Assembly (NCBI GenBank): GCA_963708025.1
Contig: CAVPSB010000014.1
Span: 160,001-224,000 of the forward strand
DNA from: an uncultured Candidatus Rokubacteria bacterium
GTDB lineage: Bacteria > Methylomirabilota > Methylomirabilia > Rokubacteriales > DASRDR01
DNA length: 64,000 nucleotides
Reading direction: 5' to 3'
The position numbers were made by a program, and so were the translations under genes. The notes beneath the pieces are model-generated. The model made no database searches. It was given only the letters and a program-made list of their open reading frames with translations, and was not told the origin of the DNA. Positions 52,790 to 63,077 of the stretch are shown here, piece by piece. Each line of letters starts with the position of its first letter. Within the stretch, counting starts at the first letter, position 1.

Positions 52790-54033
52790 CGTTTCCTCGC
52801 GGTGCCCGCGGCGGGACAGACCACCGGCGCCAGGTGGCCCACCTGGGCCTCGGCGGCTACCCGGTTCCCGCGCACAGTCCAGTGCAAGTCTCGCACCTTG
52901 TAGAGCGGCTCGGGCGATTCCTGGCTGGCCCGGATGAATGTCGCCGTCAGATCGAAGCAGGACACGTCCCGCGCTCGGCAGTACTGGGCCAGCACCCGGT
53001 TCGGGAGCGTGGCGTCGATGTCGGCGCCGGTCAGCTCGGCATAGCGCCGCCGGGTCCGCAGGCGATCGATCAGCTCGGCGCGAAGCCGCGCGTCGACCTG
53101 GAGGATCGAGGGATAGAGCGCGACGACGAGCCGACCACCGTGTTCGGTGACGTGGGCCCGCGTGGCCTCCAGCGCCTCCAGCCGCAATCGCCAGGCGCGC
53201 TCCACCTCGTGCGGATCGGCCGGTACGTACAGCCGCCCCAGCTCGCGCCCGAGCATGCCGGTGAACGCACTCTCCTCGAACAGCGGTCCGACCAGCGAGG
53301 GGTCGTCGTCGGGCAGCCGGTAGTGCGGGTCGACTACGTGCCCGCCGCGAGGCTTGGCGTTGGCCGGCGCCCAAGCCGCCGCCGGACTCTGGGTGCGGCC
53401 GGCGAGGGCGTTGGAGACCAGGCTCCACCGCAGCCGGAGCGCGTTGCGGGCGTACGTCCAGAGGTAGGAATGGGGGAGCAACGAGCGCGACATCCCGCCC
53501 TCCCGCTCGCCGAAGTAGAGATTGGGGCCGTCGTTGCCGACGTAGAAGTTGAGCAAGACGAGATCCGGTTCGTAGGTCGTGGCGCCCAGCTCGACGATCG
53601 TCCGATAGTCCGGGACGCCCGCCCCCACGATCCCGAAGTTGAGGAGGTCGAGGTCGCGCTCCGGACAGGCCACGCGCAGCCCTCCCTCCAGCAGGGTCAT
53701 GGCGGTCCGGGGATACGGGACCAGCCCGTACGTGAACGAATCGCCCACCGCCATGATCCGGAATCGCCCCGGCGGCTTCGGCACGACGAACTCCTCGTCG
53801 TGGAAGCCCAGGCCGTTGGTCCAGTGGTTGAACGACGTGCGATGGGGCACGACGCTGTCCGACTTGGAGGCGAGGTACTGCGTGAGGCTCGTGAACCGCG
53901 GAGTGGCCTGGCTGCCCCGGGCCCTCGCCAGGTAGCGCACGTCGGGGCTGAAGAGGGCCAGGACCCGAAGCGCCAGCTCCCCGATCGGGAGCGCCAGCAG
54001 GACCCCGAGTCCCACCGCGGCGACCCGGAGCAT
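52786..54033 (-). CDS. Membrane-anchored SGNH/GDSL (AlgJ/AlgX-like) hydrolase
   Basis: N-terminal TM, GDSFTYG, FYVGND, DLHWTVRGN. Confidence 0.8.
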   Translation of the reverse strand: MLRVAAVGLGVLLALPIGELALRVLALFSPDVRYLARARGSQATPRFTSLTQYLASKSDSVVPHRTSFNHWTNGLGFHDEEFVVPKPPGRFRIMAVGDSFTYGLVPYPRTAMTLLEGGLRVACPERDLDLLNFGIVGAGVPDYRTIVELGATTYEPDLVLLNFYVGNDGPNLYFGEREGGMSRSLLPHSYLWTYARNALRLRWSLVSNALAGRTQSPAAAWAPANAKPRGGHVVDPHYRLPDDDPSLVGPLFEESAFTGMLGRELGRLYVPADPHEVERAWRLRLEALEATRAHVTEHGGRLVVALYPSILQVDARLRAELIDRLRTRRRYAELTGADIDATLPNRVLAQYCRARDVSCFDLTATFIRASQESPEPLYKVRDLHWTVRGNRVAAEAQVGHLAPVVCPAAGTARKR

Positions 54034-54053
54034 CACGCGCCGGCCGAGTCTTC

Positions 54054-54578
54054 TCACGCCGTGCCGCACCGCGGCCCGTAGTTGTCCCGCCAGAGGGCGA
54101 GGTACTCGCGGGCGTTCTCCCGGATCTCCTCCGCCTCCTCCGGGCTCATCTGACGGACCGGCTTGGCCGGGACGCCCATGACCAGCCACCCCGCCCGCAC
54201 GACCTTGCCCGGCGGCACCAGCGCGCCGGCCCCGACCTGCGCGCCCTCCTCGACGACCGATCCGTTGAGGACGACGGCGCCGATGCCGATGCGGGCGTGG
54301 TCGTGGATCGTGCACGCGTGGACGACGGCCCGGTGGCCGATCGTCACGCCGGCTCCCACGACGCACGGGTACCGCGGCGTGACGTGAAGGATCGAGCCGT
54401 CCTGGACGTTCGAGTCGCGACCGAGCCGCACGTAGTTGTCCTGGTCGCCCCGCAACACCGCCGTCGGCCAGACGCTGGCCCCGGCCTCGATCGTGACGTC
54501 GCCGATCACCTCGGCCGCCGGGTGGACCCAGGCCTCGGGATCGACGCGCGGCGTGCGGCCGGGCAGGGGCCGGATCAT
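54054..54578 (-). CDS. Gamma carbonic anhydrase family protein
   Basis: Hexapeptide repeats, LRGD, NVQDGSILH, GHRAVVH. Confidence 0.92.
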   Translation of the reverse strand: MIRPLPGRTPRVDPEAWVHPAAEVIGDVTIEAGASVWPTAVLRGDQDNYVRLGRDSNVQDGSILHVTPRYPCVVGAGVTIGHRAVVHACTIHDHARIGIGAVVLNGSVVEEGAQVGAGALVPPGKVVRAGWLVMGVPAKPVRQMSPEEAEEIRENAREYLALWRDNYGPRCGTA

Positions 54579-54585
54579 GGCCGGA

Positions 54586-55456
54586 TCACGCGGCGAGCCC
54601 CATCTGGCGCTGGATGGCGCGGCTCAGCTCGCTCTTCGGGTCCTCGAGCTGGGTGATGATCGAGAAGTGGTTGATGCCCGCCATGTCCAGCACCTCGCAC
54701 GGCACGCCCTGCTTCCGCCACACCGCGGCCAGCGTCTCGGTCTGGCGGTGGTACTCGGGGCCCTCGTCCCCGCCGACCGGGATCAGCAGCGGGGAGCGGG
54801 TTCGCGGCGCCAGGTAAATCGGGCTGTTGCGGCGCGCCTCCTCAGGCGTCAGCTTCAAGGTGTCGTTGAGGTAGCAGAGGCGGATCGGGTCGAGGTCGTG
54901 GAGCCCGCTGATCGCGCAGCCGCCCTTGATCGGATCGGGCGGGAGCCCGAAGGCCGGCCAGTCGGCGGCCAGCAGCATCGCCACCAGGTGGCCGCCGGCC
55001 GAGTGCCCGGAGACGAAGATGCGCTCCCGGTCGCCTCCGAACGAGGCGGCGTTCGCGTGGACCCAGGCGATCGACGCCCGGCACTGCCGGACCAGCTCGT
55101 CCATGTCGACCGTCGGGATCAGGGCGTAGTTGATCACGACGACCGCGGCCCCGGCCGGCTGGAGCCCCCGGGCCACGAAGCTGAAGTCCGCGCTTGTCGA
55201 GGGCCATCCAGTAGCCGCCGTGGACGAAGACGTGGACCGGCGCCGGGCCGCGGCCGGGGGCGGGGAACACGTCGAGCGTCTCGCTCGGCTTCGGGCCGTA
55301 CGCCACGTCGAGCCGGCCGGGGAGGGCCTGTCGCGTCGCCTCGCTCTCCCGGGTGTAGCGGGCGAGGTAGTCGGCGAAGTCGGCGACCTTGGCGCGGTTG
55401 TTGTACTCGCGGTCGAGCGCCGCGCGGTCGTAGCCGAGGAAGATCGGAGCGGGCAT
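54586..55456 (-). CDS. Alpha/beta hydrolase (arylformamidase/esterase-like), frameshift near 55191
   Basis: LDREYNNRA, HGGYW, GHSAGGHL, NHF. Confidence 0.88.
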
Positions 55457-55481
55457 TTGAAACCTCCCTCCTACCGTTGGA

Positions 55482-56208
55482 TCAGATTTGCTTCCAGAGG
55501 AACTCGGCCTTGGCCATGCGCCGCTGGATCCGCTCGACGTGGCGCCGATAGGCGCGACTGCGCGGAGCCGGGGTGCCAGGCCGTGGGATTCGGCAGGCTG
55601 GCGGCGAGCTGGGCCGCCTCGTCCGGTGTCAGCTCGGCCGCCGCCTTGCCGAAGTAGTGCCGGCTGGCCGCCTCCGCCCCGTAGATGCCGCGCCCGAACT
55701 CCACCACGTTCAGGTACAGCTCGAGGATGCGTCGCTTGTCGAGCCTCCGCTCGATCTGCCAGGTCAGGATGGCCTCCTTCACCTTGCGGAGCGGGTTCCG
55801 CGAGGGCGAGAGCCAGAGGTTCTTGACGAGCTGCTGGGTGATGGTCGAGGCGCCGCGGCGCAGCTCGCCCTCCTCGAGGGCCTGCTCCAGGACGTTCCGG
55901 ATCTCCGTCAGCTCGAAGCCGCGGTGCGAGAAGAAGTTGATGTCCTCGGCGACCAGCACCGCGCGCTTGAGATGCGGCGAGATGGCGCCGTATGGCACCC
56001 AGATGCGCCGCACCCGGGGGTCCCGTCCCGCCGCGCGCTCCTGGCGCTTGTACACTTCGATGAACGCGGTCGTGGTCGGGTTCCGGCGGGCGAGCGCCCC
56101 GACATCGGGCCACGTCCACGCCTCGTACGCGAGCCACAGGCCGAGGGCGGCGAGCCCGAGCCAGAGGATCCTGACCCACCACTGGCGTTTCGCTCGGCGG
56201 GCCGTCAC
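55482..56208 (-). CDS. mtgA: Monofunctional peptidoglycan transglycosylase (indel near 55555)
   Basis: AEDINFFSHRG, GASTITQQLVKNL, RKVKE, YLNVVEFG. Confidence 0.9.
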
Positions 56209-56220
56209 GCCGATGTTCGG

Positions 56221-56360
56221 GACCTCCCGCCCAGATCCTTTGACGGCCTTCGGCCTTTGGCCCCCCTCGGTTGACCGGATCGCCGGGACGGCTCGGGCCT
56301 GCGGCCCTCGCGGCGTCCCGCCCCTCCGGTGGCCACCCGGGGAGGGGGGTGTCGGAGGCC
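56221..56360. repeat. Composite REP-like repeat
   Basis: CCTCCCGCCCA...GACGGCCTTCGGCCTTTGGCCCCCC...GGGGAGGGGGGTGTCGGAGG. Confidence 0.65.
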
Positions 56361-56380
56361 CTCGACTGCTCCACTTGCCG

Positions 56381-56986
56381 TCAGGCCGGGGCACGGTCGC
56401 GACCGTAGAGCCAGGCGGTGACGGCCAGCCGGGTCGCGAAGGTCGGCCGCACCTCGTGCTCCAGCCGCTCGCTCAGGAAGACCACGAGGCGGTCGAGGAT
56501 CGGCGCGACGTCCACCGGCCCGTCCGGGAGGTGAAAGCGAAGCGCCCCCCCGTGGTCCTCGCGCCACGCCGGGTTGGCGTAGTAGATGGCGGTGACCCGG
56601 CGGCTCCCGCGGCCCGCGACGGCGTCGCGATGACGGCGGTAGCGCGCGCCGCCTCCGGCGTACCGGGCGAGCTGCAGCTCCAGGTGATCGAGACCCAGGT
56701 AGGCCTCGCGGTTGAGCGCGTCGCGGAGGGCCACCAGCTCCGCGACCAGCGCCGTCACCGCGGGCGGGCTGTCCTCGGGCGTGAGCCAGAGGATCGCGTC
56801 GCCCCGCGTGGCGGCGTCCACGCGATAGCCGGCGCCGCGACTCACCCCGGCCGGTCGCAGTCGCCCGTCCACCGCCAGGGTCTCCAGCTCGCGATGGACG
56901 GCCAGGGCCGGCTCCCGGCCGAGCCAGTCGTCGTGGACGAAGAAGCCGCGCTCGCCGAGCGCGACGACGTCGGGGCTGGCCAGCAC
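56381..56986 (-). CDS. 2OG-Fe(II) oxygenase (EGLN/PHD-like)
   Basis: RGD, YRRHRD (HxD), YYANPAW, HGGALR, HEV, RLAVTAW. Confidence 0.85.
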   Translation of the reverse strand: MLASPDVVALGERGFFVHDDWLGREPALAVHRELETLAVDGRLRPAGVSRGAGYRVDAATRGDAILWLTPEDSPPAVTALVAELVALRDALNREAYLGLDHLELQLARYAGGGARYRRHRDAVAGRGSRRVTAIYYANPAWREDHGGALRFHLPDGPVDVAPILDRLVVFLSERLEHEVRPTFATRLAVTAWLYGRDRAPA

Positions 56987-57062
56987 GCCCCTCAAGATAG
57001 ACCCCCGGGTCCTCCGAGACAAGGCGCTCCGGCTCCGCCCGGCTTCCAGCGCCGCCCGCGGA

Positions 57063-57818
57063 TCAGAAGAGGGAGACGGTCGTCCCGTCGTCCAGCCGGC
57101 CGCTTGGCTGGGGGCGGCGGCGCGACACGCCGAAGAGGGTCTGCCATTCGGGCGCCAGGCCCCGGCTCGAGACGCGGCCGATCGGTCCGCGGGCGCGCGG
57201 GGCGCTCCACTGGGACAAGATGTCCGCCCAGGCGGTTGGCCGCTGGCTCTTCCGGACATGGATGGTGTCGCGGCCGTACCAGTGGGGCTGGGGCGCGACG
57301 AGGGTGAGGCCGCGCTCGCCGGCCAGCGCCGCCAGGCGCGCGTTCACCTCGGCGACGTGGGCGTGGAGCGTCCTGAACGGCAGCCGCCGCCCCGGGAACA
57401 GGAGGCTCTTCACCAGGTGGTACTGCCAGCGGCTGAGACGGGCGAGGCTCTGCGCCGGCAGGAGCGTGACGACGATCTCGGCGCCCAGCTCCCCCAGATG
57501 GTCGAGGCAGGCGGTGACCCAGCCACTCAGCTCCGCCGGCGAGGCGCCGTAGGCGAGGTCGTTGCCGATGTCGGTGACCAGCGCGTAGGTCCGACCGCTG
57601 GCCGGTCGCCGCGCGGCGGGCCAGAGGCCACAGCCGAGGATCGCCGGGAGCCCCCGGAAGAAGACGCGGCTCCACCGGCCATAGGACCGCCCGTGGCCGG
57701 CGGCGACGAGGACCTCCAGGGGGCCGGGCCCGAGCCGCGCGCGCGCCGTGGCCAGCACGGTCGGGAGGCCCAGGGTGAGGTTGCTGGCACCGAGCAGGAC
57801 GACGCGCGTCTGGCTCAC
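57063..57818 (-). CDS. SGNH-like hypothetical protein
   Basis: VLLGASNL, GHGRSYG, TDIGNDL, DTIH. Confidence 0.65.
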   Translation of the reverse strand: MSQTRVVLLGASNLTLGLPTVLATARARLGPGPLEVLVAAGHGRSYGRWSRVFFRGLPAILGCGLWPAARRPASGRTYALVTDIGNDLAYGASPAELSGWVTACLDHLGELGAEIVVTLLPAQSLARLSRWQYHLVKSLLFPGRRLPFRTLHAHVAEVNARLAALAGERGLTLVAPQPHWYGRDTIHVRKSQRPTAWADILSQWSAPRARGPIGRVSSRGLAPEWQTLFGVSRRRPQPSGRLDDGTTVSLF

Positions 57819-57829
57819 GGGCTCCCAGG

Positions 57830-58747
57830 TTACCAGCCGCCGGCCACTTCGCCAGGCTTCCAGAGCCAGGCGGCGCCGCGAGCGCCGCTGGCGTCGCCGT
57901 GGCCCGGCGGCACCAGGCGGGTGTCGACGCGGTCCGAGAAGACGTGGCGGCCCCACAGGCGCGGCACCGCGTCGTAGAGGCGAGCGAGGTTCGACATCCC
58001 GCCGCCCAGCACGATCACGTCCGGATCGACGACGTTGATGACGCTCGCCAGCGCGCGCGCCATCCGCTCCTCGTAGCGGACCAGGCTCGCCTCGGCAGCC
58101 GGGTCGCCGCGCGCCGCCCGGGCCGCGATCTCGAGGGCGTCCAGTCGCGCCTCCGTGGTCTCTTGGTGATCGCGGACCAGGCCCGGCCCCGACAGGAAGG
58201 TCTCGATGCAGGCCGTCTTCCCGCAGTAGCAGGCAGGGCCGGGCCACTCCCCCTCGCGCGGCCAGGGCAGGGGGTTGTGGCCCCACTCCCCGGCGATGGC
58301 GTTGGGCCCCGTCCAGACGCGGCCGTCCACCACGAGGCCGCCCCCGGTCCCGGTGCCGACGATCACGCCGAAGACGACCCGGGCGCCGGCGGCGGCGCCG
58401 TCGCGTGCCTCCGAGAGGGCGAAGCAGTTGGCGTCGTTCGCGAGGCGAAGGCGGCGGCCCAGCCGCCGCTCGAGATCGGCGGTCAGCGGCCGCCCGTTGA
58501 GCCAGACGCTGTTGGCGTTCTTGACGAGTCCGGTCGCCGGCGAGACGGCCCCCGGCGTCCCGATCCCCACGGCCGCCCGGACGCCCAGCTCGCGCTCGAA
58601 GGCCTCGACGAGGCCGGCGACCGTCTCGAGCGTCGCGGCGTAGTCGTCGCGCGGCGTCGGCACCCGGCGGCGGAGCGCCACCTTCCCGTCGTCGCCGAGG
58701 GCGATCGCCTCGATCTTGGTCCCGCCCAGGTCCACCCCGATGCGCAT
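57830..58747 (-). CDS. ROK family sugar kinase (fructokinase/Mak-like)
   Basis: GVDLGGTK, ANDANC, GTGTGGG, GEWGH, CYCGKTACIE. Confidence 0.92.
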   Translation of the reverse strand: MRIGVDLGGTKIEAIALGDDGKVALRRRVPTPRDDYAATLETVAGLVEAFERELGVRAAVGIGTPGAVSPATGLVKNANSVWLNGRPLTADLERRLGRRLRLANDANCFALSEARDGAAAGARVVFGVIVGTGTGGGLVVDGRVWTGPNAIAGEWGHNPLPWPREGEWPGPACYCGKTACIETFLSGPGLVRDHQETTEARLDALEIAARAARGDPAAEASLVRYEERMARALASVINVVDPDVIVLGGGMSNLARLYDAVPRLWGRHVFSDRVDTRLVPPGHGDASGARGAAWLWKPGEVAGGW

Positions 58748-58881
58748 CGCGCCTCATGATAGCCCCGGCCGTCCGTCGCGACGGGGTGTCGGCGCCGGCC
58801 GGCGCCGACAGGCCGCGCCGGAGGATTCGCGTTGGGTCCGGCCCCGGGCTCACGCTACCCTGGGCCGGCCGGGCCACCCCC

Positions 58882-59127
58882 ATGATATTCCTGACCTACC
58901 GGTTCGTGATCTTCGGCGGCACGGCGCTTCCGCTTTTCTGGCTCGCGACGCGGCCTCGGCTCCGTCTCCTCCTGCTGGTGGTGAGCTGCGCGGTGTTCCA
59001 CACCCACTTCGCGGGACCGGCCGGTGTGCTGCCGATCCTGGTCCTGGGCGCGGTCACCTACCTGATCGGCCTGACGCAGGATCGCCGCCTGTGTCGGCTG
59101 GGCATCGTTCTGACCGTGGCGTTCTGA
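58882..59127 (+). pseudogene. Truncated membrane protein resembling an MBOAT/AlgI N-terminus
   Basis: MIFLTYRFVIF...LFWL..., three TMs, then a stop after 81 aa. Confidence 0.45.
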
Positions 59128-59228
59128 ACACGGTGCTCCCGATGGCGTGGCGGACGCGGTGGAGGTCGGGCGGCGGTGGTCTCGGCTCGTGGCCCGGTCG
59201 GACTGGACACCGCGGTATACTCTCGAGC

Positions 59229-59960
59229 ATGCGCCTGACGGCTCGGATCGCGCTCGGATCGCTCCTGTTGCCCATCATCGCGAGCTGCTCGGCGCTCCAG
59301 CGCGACCCGAACTGGTGGGCGGCCCGCCGCGATTCGTCCGAGCAGGCGCCGGATCCCGTGACGACGCCCGAGGCCGTCATCCAGGTCTACGCGGCCCGCG
59401 CCGTCGGCTGGAAGGGTGTTCTTGGCGTCCATACCTGGGTCGCGATGAAGCCGACCGGGGCGGCCGACTACACCCGCTACGAGGTCATGGGCTGGGGCGT
59501 GAATCGCGGCGCCCCCGCGATCCGGAAGAACCGGACGATCGCCGACGGCTACTGGTTCGGCGTGAAGCCCGATCTTCTGGTCGATCGGCGCGGCGCCGGC
59601 GTGGACGAGCTGATCGCCAGGGTCGAGGCTGCCGTCGCCGCCTACCCGTACCCGGACAGCTACCGGACGTGGCCTGGCCCCAACAGCAACACGTTCACCG
59701 CCTACATCGGCCGCGCCGTCCCGGAGCTACGGCTGCGGATGCCGCCGACCGCGATCGGGAAGGACTACCTCCCGGGCGGCGCTCCGGCCGGTCTCGCCCC
59801 GAGCGGCACCGGCGTCCAGGTTTCGCTGCTCGGGCTGGCAGGGGTCCTCGTCGGGTGGGACGACGGGATCGAGGTCAACTTGCTCGGCCTGACGTTCGGC
59901 GTGGACGTCCGCCGGCCGGCGCTGAAGCTCCCCGGGGTCGGGCGGCTCGGCGTCCCGTGA
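59229..59960 (+). CDS. DUF3750 family lipoprotein
   Basis: Lipobox-like IASC, HTWVA, RYEVMGW, YRTWPGPNSNTF, AIGKDY. Confidence 0.8.
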   Translation: MRLTARIALGSLLLPIIASCSALQRDPNWWAARRDSSEQAPDPVTTPEAVIQVYAARAVGWKGVLGVHTWVAMKPTGAADYTRYEVMGWGVNRGAPAIRKNRTIADGYWFGVKPDLLVDRRGAGVDELIARVEAAVAAYPYPDSYRTWPGPNSNTFTAYIGRAVPELRLRMPPTAIGKDYLPGGAPAGLAPSGTGVQVSLLGLAGVLVGWDDGIEVNLLGLTFGVDVRRPALKLPGVGRLGVP

Positions 59961-60070
59961 TCCCGCGCCGATAGACCGGGCATGGACCGGGCGGGACGGA
60001 GCGGACCGCGCCGGCGACCGGCTCGGAACAATTCCGCTCGTGTTCACGGCCCCGCGGCGTAGGAGCCTCC

Positions 60071-60421
60071 ATGCGCATCCACAACCTGTACACCGACGCG
60101 AGCGGCGAGTCGCACTTCCGGGACATCGAGGTCGAGTGGGTCGAGGAGACCCGCTCCGGCAAGCTGTCCCGTCGCCTTCCGGCCACCGGGATCATCTTCC
60201 GCCAGGTGCCGCCGACCTATGACCTCGACTGGCACCCGGCACCTCGGCGCCAGTACATCATCAACCTCGACGCCGGGGTGCGGATCACGGCCAGCGACGG
60301 GGAGAGCCGGGTCATCGGTGCCGGCGAGGTGATCCTGGTCGAGGACACGACCGGCCGCGGGCACCTCTCGAAGGCCGTGGACGGCACGCTCCGCCACTGC
60401 ATCTTCGTCCCGATCGACTAG
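60071..60421 (+). CDS. Cupin-like conserved protein
   Basis: GESHF, WHPAPRRQ, EDTTGRGH. Confidence 0.75.
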   Translation: MRIHNLYTDASGESHFRDIEVEWVEETRSGKLSRRLPATGIIFRQVPPTYDLDWHPAPRRQYIINLDAGVRITASDGESRVIGAGEVILVEDTTGRGHLSKAVDGTLRHCIFVPID

Positions 60422-60466
60422 CTCGCGAAGCTCCGCAGGTGATCCGACGGCATCAGGGCCTGCATC

Positions 60467-61297
60467 GTGAACGATCTCTGTCTGTCGCTCGGTTGGCTCA
60501 CCGTCTCCGGCGCCCATCCGCTGGAGCACATCGACGCTGCGGTGGCAGGCCGGTTCAACGCGGTGGGGCTGCGTCTCGTGCCTCCGACTCCCGGGGACCC
60601 CCTGGTTCCGGTCGTGGGCAACGAGCCGCTGATCCGCGCCATCCGGGCCCGGCTCGCCGACGCCGGCGTCACGGTGCTGGACGTCGAAACGGTATGGATC
60701 GGGCCGGACATCGACATCGCGGCTCTTCGCCCCGCGCTCGAGGCGGCGCAACGACTTGGGACGCGCAACCTGCTGACGATGGGCCACGACCCCGACGAGG
60801 CGCGCCTCACCGACAGCTTCGCCCGGCTGTGCGAGGAAGCCGCGAAGTTCGGCCTGCGAGTAGGGATGGAGTTCGCGGCGTACACGAAGGTGCCGACGAT
60901 CCGGGCCGCTCACCGATTGGTCAAGGCGGCGGGCCGGTCGAACGGCCGGGTGCTGATCGACGCGTTGCACTTCGCGCGCTCCGGCGGCACGCCATCGCAC
61001 ATCGCCGAGCTCGATCAGAGCTGGTTGGCCTATTGCCAGCTCGCCGATGCCCGCGGCCCGCGGCCGGAGAGCAACGATGCTCTGAAAGCCGAAGCCCGTG
61101 GCGGCCGCTACCTGCCAGGCGAGGGCGAGTTGCCTCTGGTCGAGCTTCTGGATGCCCTGCCTGCCGGTCTACCGGTCGGCGTCGAAGCGCCGTGCCGCGA
61201 GCATGCGGCGAAGTCCGTTATCGAGCGGGGACGCTTGGCAGGTATCGCCGCGCATCGATTGCTCGACAACTACACGCGGCATGCAGCGCGGCGTTAG
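60467..61297 (+). CDS. Sugar phosphate isomerase/epimerase (TIM barrel)
   Basis: MEF, IDALHFARSGG, QLAD, RYLPGEGELPL, VEAP. Confidence 0.85.
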   Translation: MNDLCLSLGWLTVSGAHPLEHIDAAVAGRFNAVGLRLVPPTPGDPLVPVVGNEPLIRAIRARLADAGVTVLDVETVWIGPDIDIAALRPALEAAQRLGTRNLLTMGHDPDEARLTDSFARLCEEAAKFGLRVGMEFAAYTKVPTIRAAHRLVKAAGRSNGRVLIDALHFARSGGTPSHIAELDQSWLAYCQLADARGPRPESNDALKAEARGGRYLPGEGELPLVELLDALPAGLPVGVEAPCREHAAKSVIERGRLAGIAAHRLLDNYTRHAARR

Positions 61298-61310
61298 GGT
61301 TGTCCACACG

Positions 61311-62489
61311 CTAGGGGCGGGGCACCAGGAAGTAGAGGCGGCCCGGCTGCCGCATGAGGCCGGCTGCCAGCTCGGCGTCGTCGCCCCGGCCCCAGAAGAG
61401 GTCGACCCGGCCGGGTCCGCGCATCGCGCCGCCCGTGTCCTGGTTCAGCACGAAGCGCGCCAGCGGGATCCACGCGATCTGGCCGTCAGGGGCGCGACGC
61501 GGCCGCTCGGTCACCAGGAACGCGAGGGCGCCCGGCGGGAAGAGGCGGCGGTCGGTAGCGATCGAGCGCTCCGGCGTCACCGGCACCCCGAGGTAGCCGA
61601 CCGGCGGGCCGTCGAGGCGGCGGAAGAAGACGTAGGACTCGTTGTACCGGAGGACGCGGGCCCGCTCCTCCGGATGGGCGGCCAGCCACGCGCGGAGCGC
61701 GGGCAGGGAGACGGCCTCGCGCGCGAGCTGGCCCTCGTCCACGAGGAGTCGGCCGATCGGCCGATAGGGGCGGCCGTTGGCGGCGGCATAGCCCACCCGC
61801 ACCTCGCGGCCGTCGGGCAGCCGGAGGGCGCCGCTGCCCTGGATCTCCAGGACGAAGGCGTCCACGGGATCGCGGGCCCAGTAGAGCTCGAGCCCGCGCG
61901 CCGCCAGCCGGCCGGCCTCGATCTCGGCGCGGCTCCAGTAGGGGACCAGGCGGCCCTTCTCGACGCGCCCGCTGATCCGCTCGCCCCGCCACCGCGAGTC
62001 GAAGGCTTCGAGCGACACCTCGACCAGATCGTCGGGCACGCGCAGGATCGGGACCGCGTACTCGGCGCTCGGCGCCTCCGCGGCCGCGATCACCGGCTCG
62101 TAGTAACCGGTGACCAGCATCGCCCCGTCCGGACCACCCACGCTTTCCAGCACCTCGAAGCGCTCGACGATCCAGGCGGCGAGCGCGGCGGGGGGTGGGT
62201 CGTCGGCCAGCCGGGCGCGGAGGACCTCGAGGGCCCGGCGCTGCTCGGCCGCCGTCACGGTGCGCGGCCCGAAGACGAGGAGCCGGGCCGGCGGCTCGGT
62301 GGCCAGCCAGCTCAGGCTGTGCTCGACGGCCTGGCGCAGCGACGCGAGGTCGCCGTCGTCGCGGAGGGCGGGGCCGGGCGCCGGCCGCAGCGCGAGCGCG
62401 GGCTCGGTGACGGGGCGGGCCAGCCGCGGGGCGCACCCCGCGGCCCCGAGGAGACAGAGCGTGGCCAGGGCGGCCCGGGCCAGCTGCAT
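61311..62489 (-). CDS. mltA: Membrane-bound lytic murein transglycosylase A
   Basis: Lipobox AAGC, TGYYEP, EIQGSG, SYVFF, QDTGGAMRG, DLFWG. Confidence 0.92.
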   Translation of the reverse strand: MQLARAALATLCLLGAAGCAPRLARPVTEPALALRPAPGPALRDDGDLASLRQAVEHSLSWLATEPPARLLVFGPRTVTAAEQRRALEVLRARLADDPPPAALAAWIVERFEVLESVGGPDGAMLVTGYYEPVIAAAEAPSAEYAVPILRVPDDLVEVSLEAFDSRWRGERISGRVEKGRLVPYWSRAEIEAGRLAARGLELYWARDPVDAFVLEIQGSGALRLPDGREVRVGYAAANGRPYRPIGRLLVDEGQLAREAVSLPALRAWLAAHPEERARVLRYNESYVFFRRLDGPPVGYLGVPVTPERSIATDRRLFPPGALAFLVTERPRRAPDGQIAWIPLARFVLNQDTGGAMRGPGRVDLFWGRGDDAELAAGLMRQPGRLYFLVPRP

Positions 62490-62497
62490 GATTCGCA

Positions 62498-62582
62498 ACC
62501 TCCCGCCCACCCCCCCAACCCCCCTCCCCCACCGTTCGACGGCCTTCGGCCTTTGGCCGGGGGGAGGGGGGTGCCGGAGGGA
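62498..62582. repeat. REP-like G/C-tract repeat
   Basis: CCTCCCGCCCACCCCCCCAACCCCCCTCCCCCACC...GACGGCCTTCGGCCTTTGGCCGGGGGGAGGGGGG. Confidence 0.7.
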
Positions 62583-62613
62583 CCCAGTGGCTCACGCACT
62601 CTCGGTCCCAGGC

Positions 62614-62970
62614 TCAGTCGCCAAGACGGTGATAGAGGACGTGGCGGCGGTTCTTCGTGTAGGGCCGCACCTCGCCCGGCCAGCGGCCCTGGTCCACCGC
62701 GCGCGCCCAGGCGTCGCTCACCAGCACCTCGGGGCTCGCCAGCTCGTAGAGCGCGGTGTAGGCCGGCTCGCGCGGGAGCTCGATCGTCCGGCGCTGGCCG
62801 CCGATGACCATCGTCAGCTCGCGGCGCTCGAAGCGCGCCACCGACACGACGCCCGGGACCTGGAGCAGCAGCGGCACGTGCTCCCGGTCGTAGACCTCGT
62901 TGAAGAGCGCCTCGCGCTCGGGCTCGACGTCCATGGCGGCGGTGAAGAGATAGCGGCTCTGGATCGGCAT
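62614..62970 (-). CDS. EthD/Dabb-like dimeric alpha-beta barrel protein
   Basis: MDVEPEREALFNEVYDREHVP.L..VPGV, YTALYEL; GAGGAGG RBS. Confidence 0.75.
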   Translation of the reverse strand: MPIQSRYLFTAAMDVEPEREALFNEVYDREHVPLLLQVPGVVSVARFERRELTMVIGGQRRTIELPREPAYTALYELASPEVLVSDAWARAVDQGRWPGEVRPYTKNRRHVLYHRLGD

Positions 62971-63077
62971 GGGGGCCTCCTCAGCGGACACGATGACGCA
63001 TCGCGAACCACCAGCCCGGCTCGACACCGAAAGCCTGCCGGGTGGCGTCGTCGAGCGGAACGGGTCCCACCGGGCCG

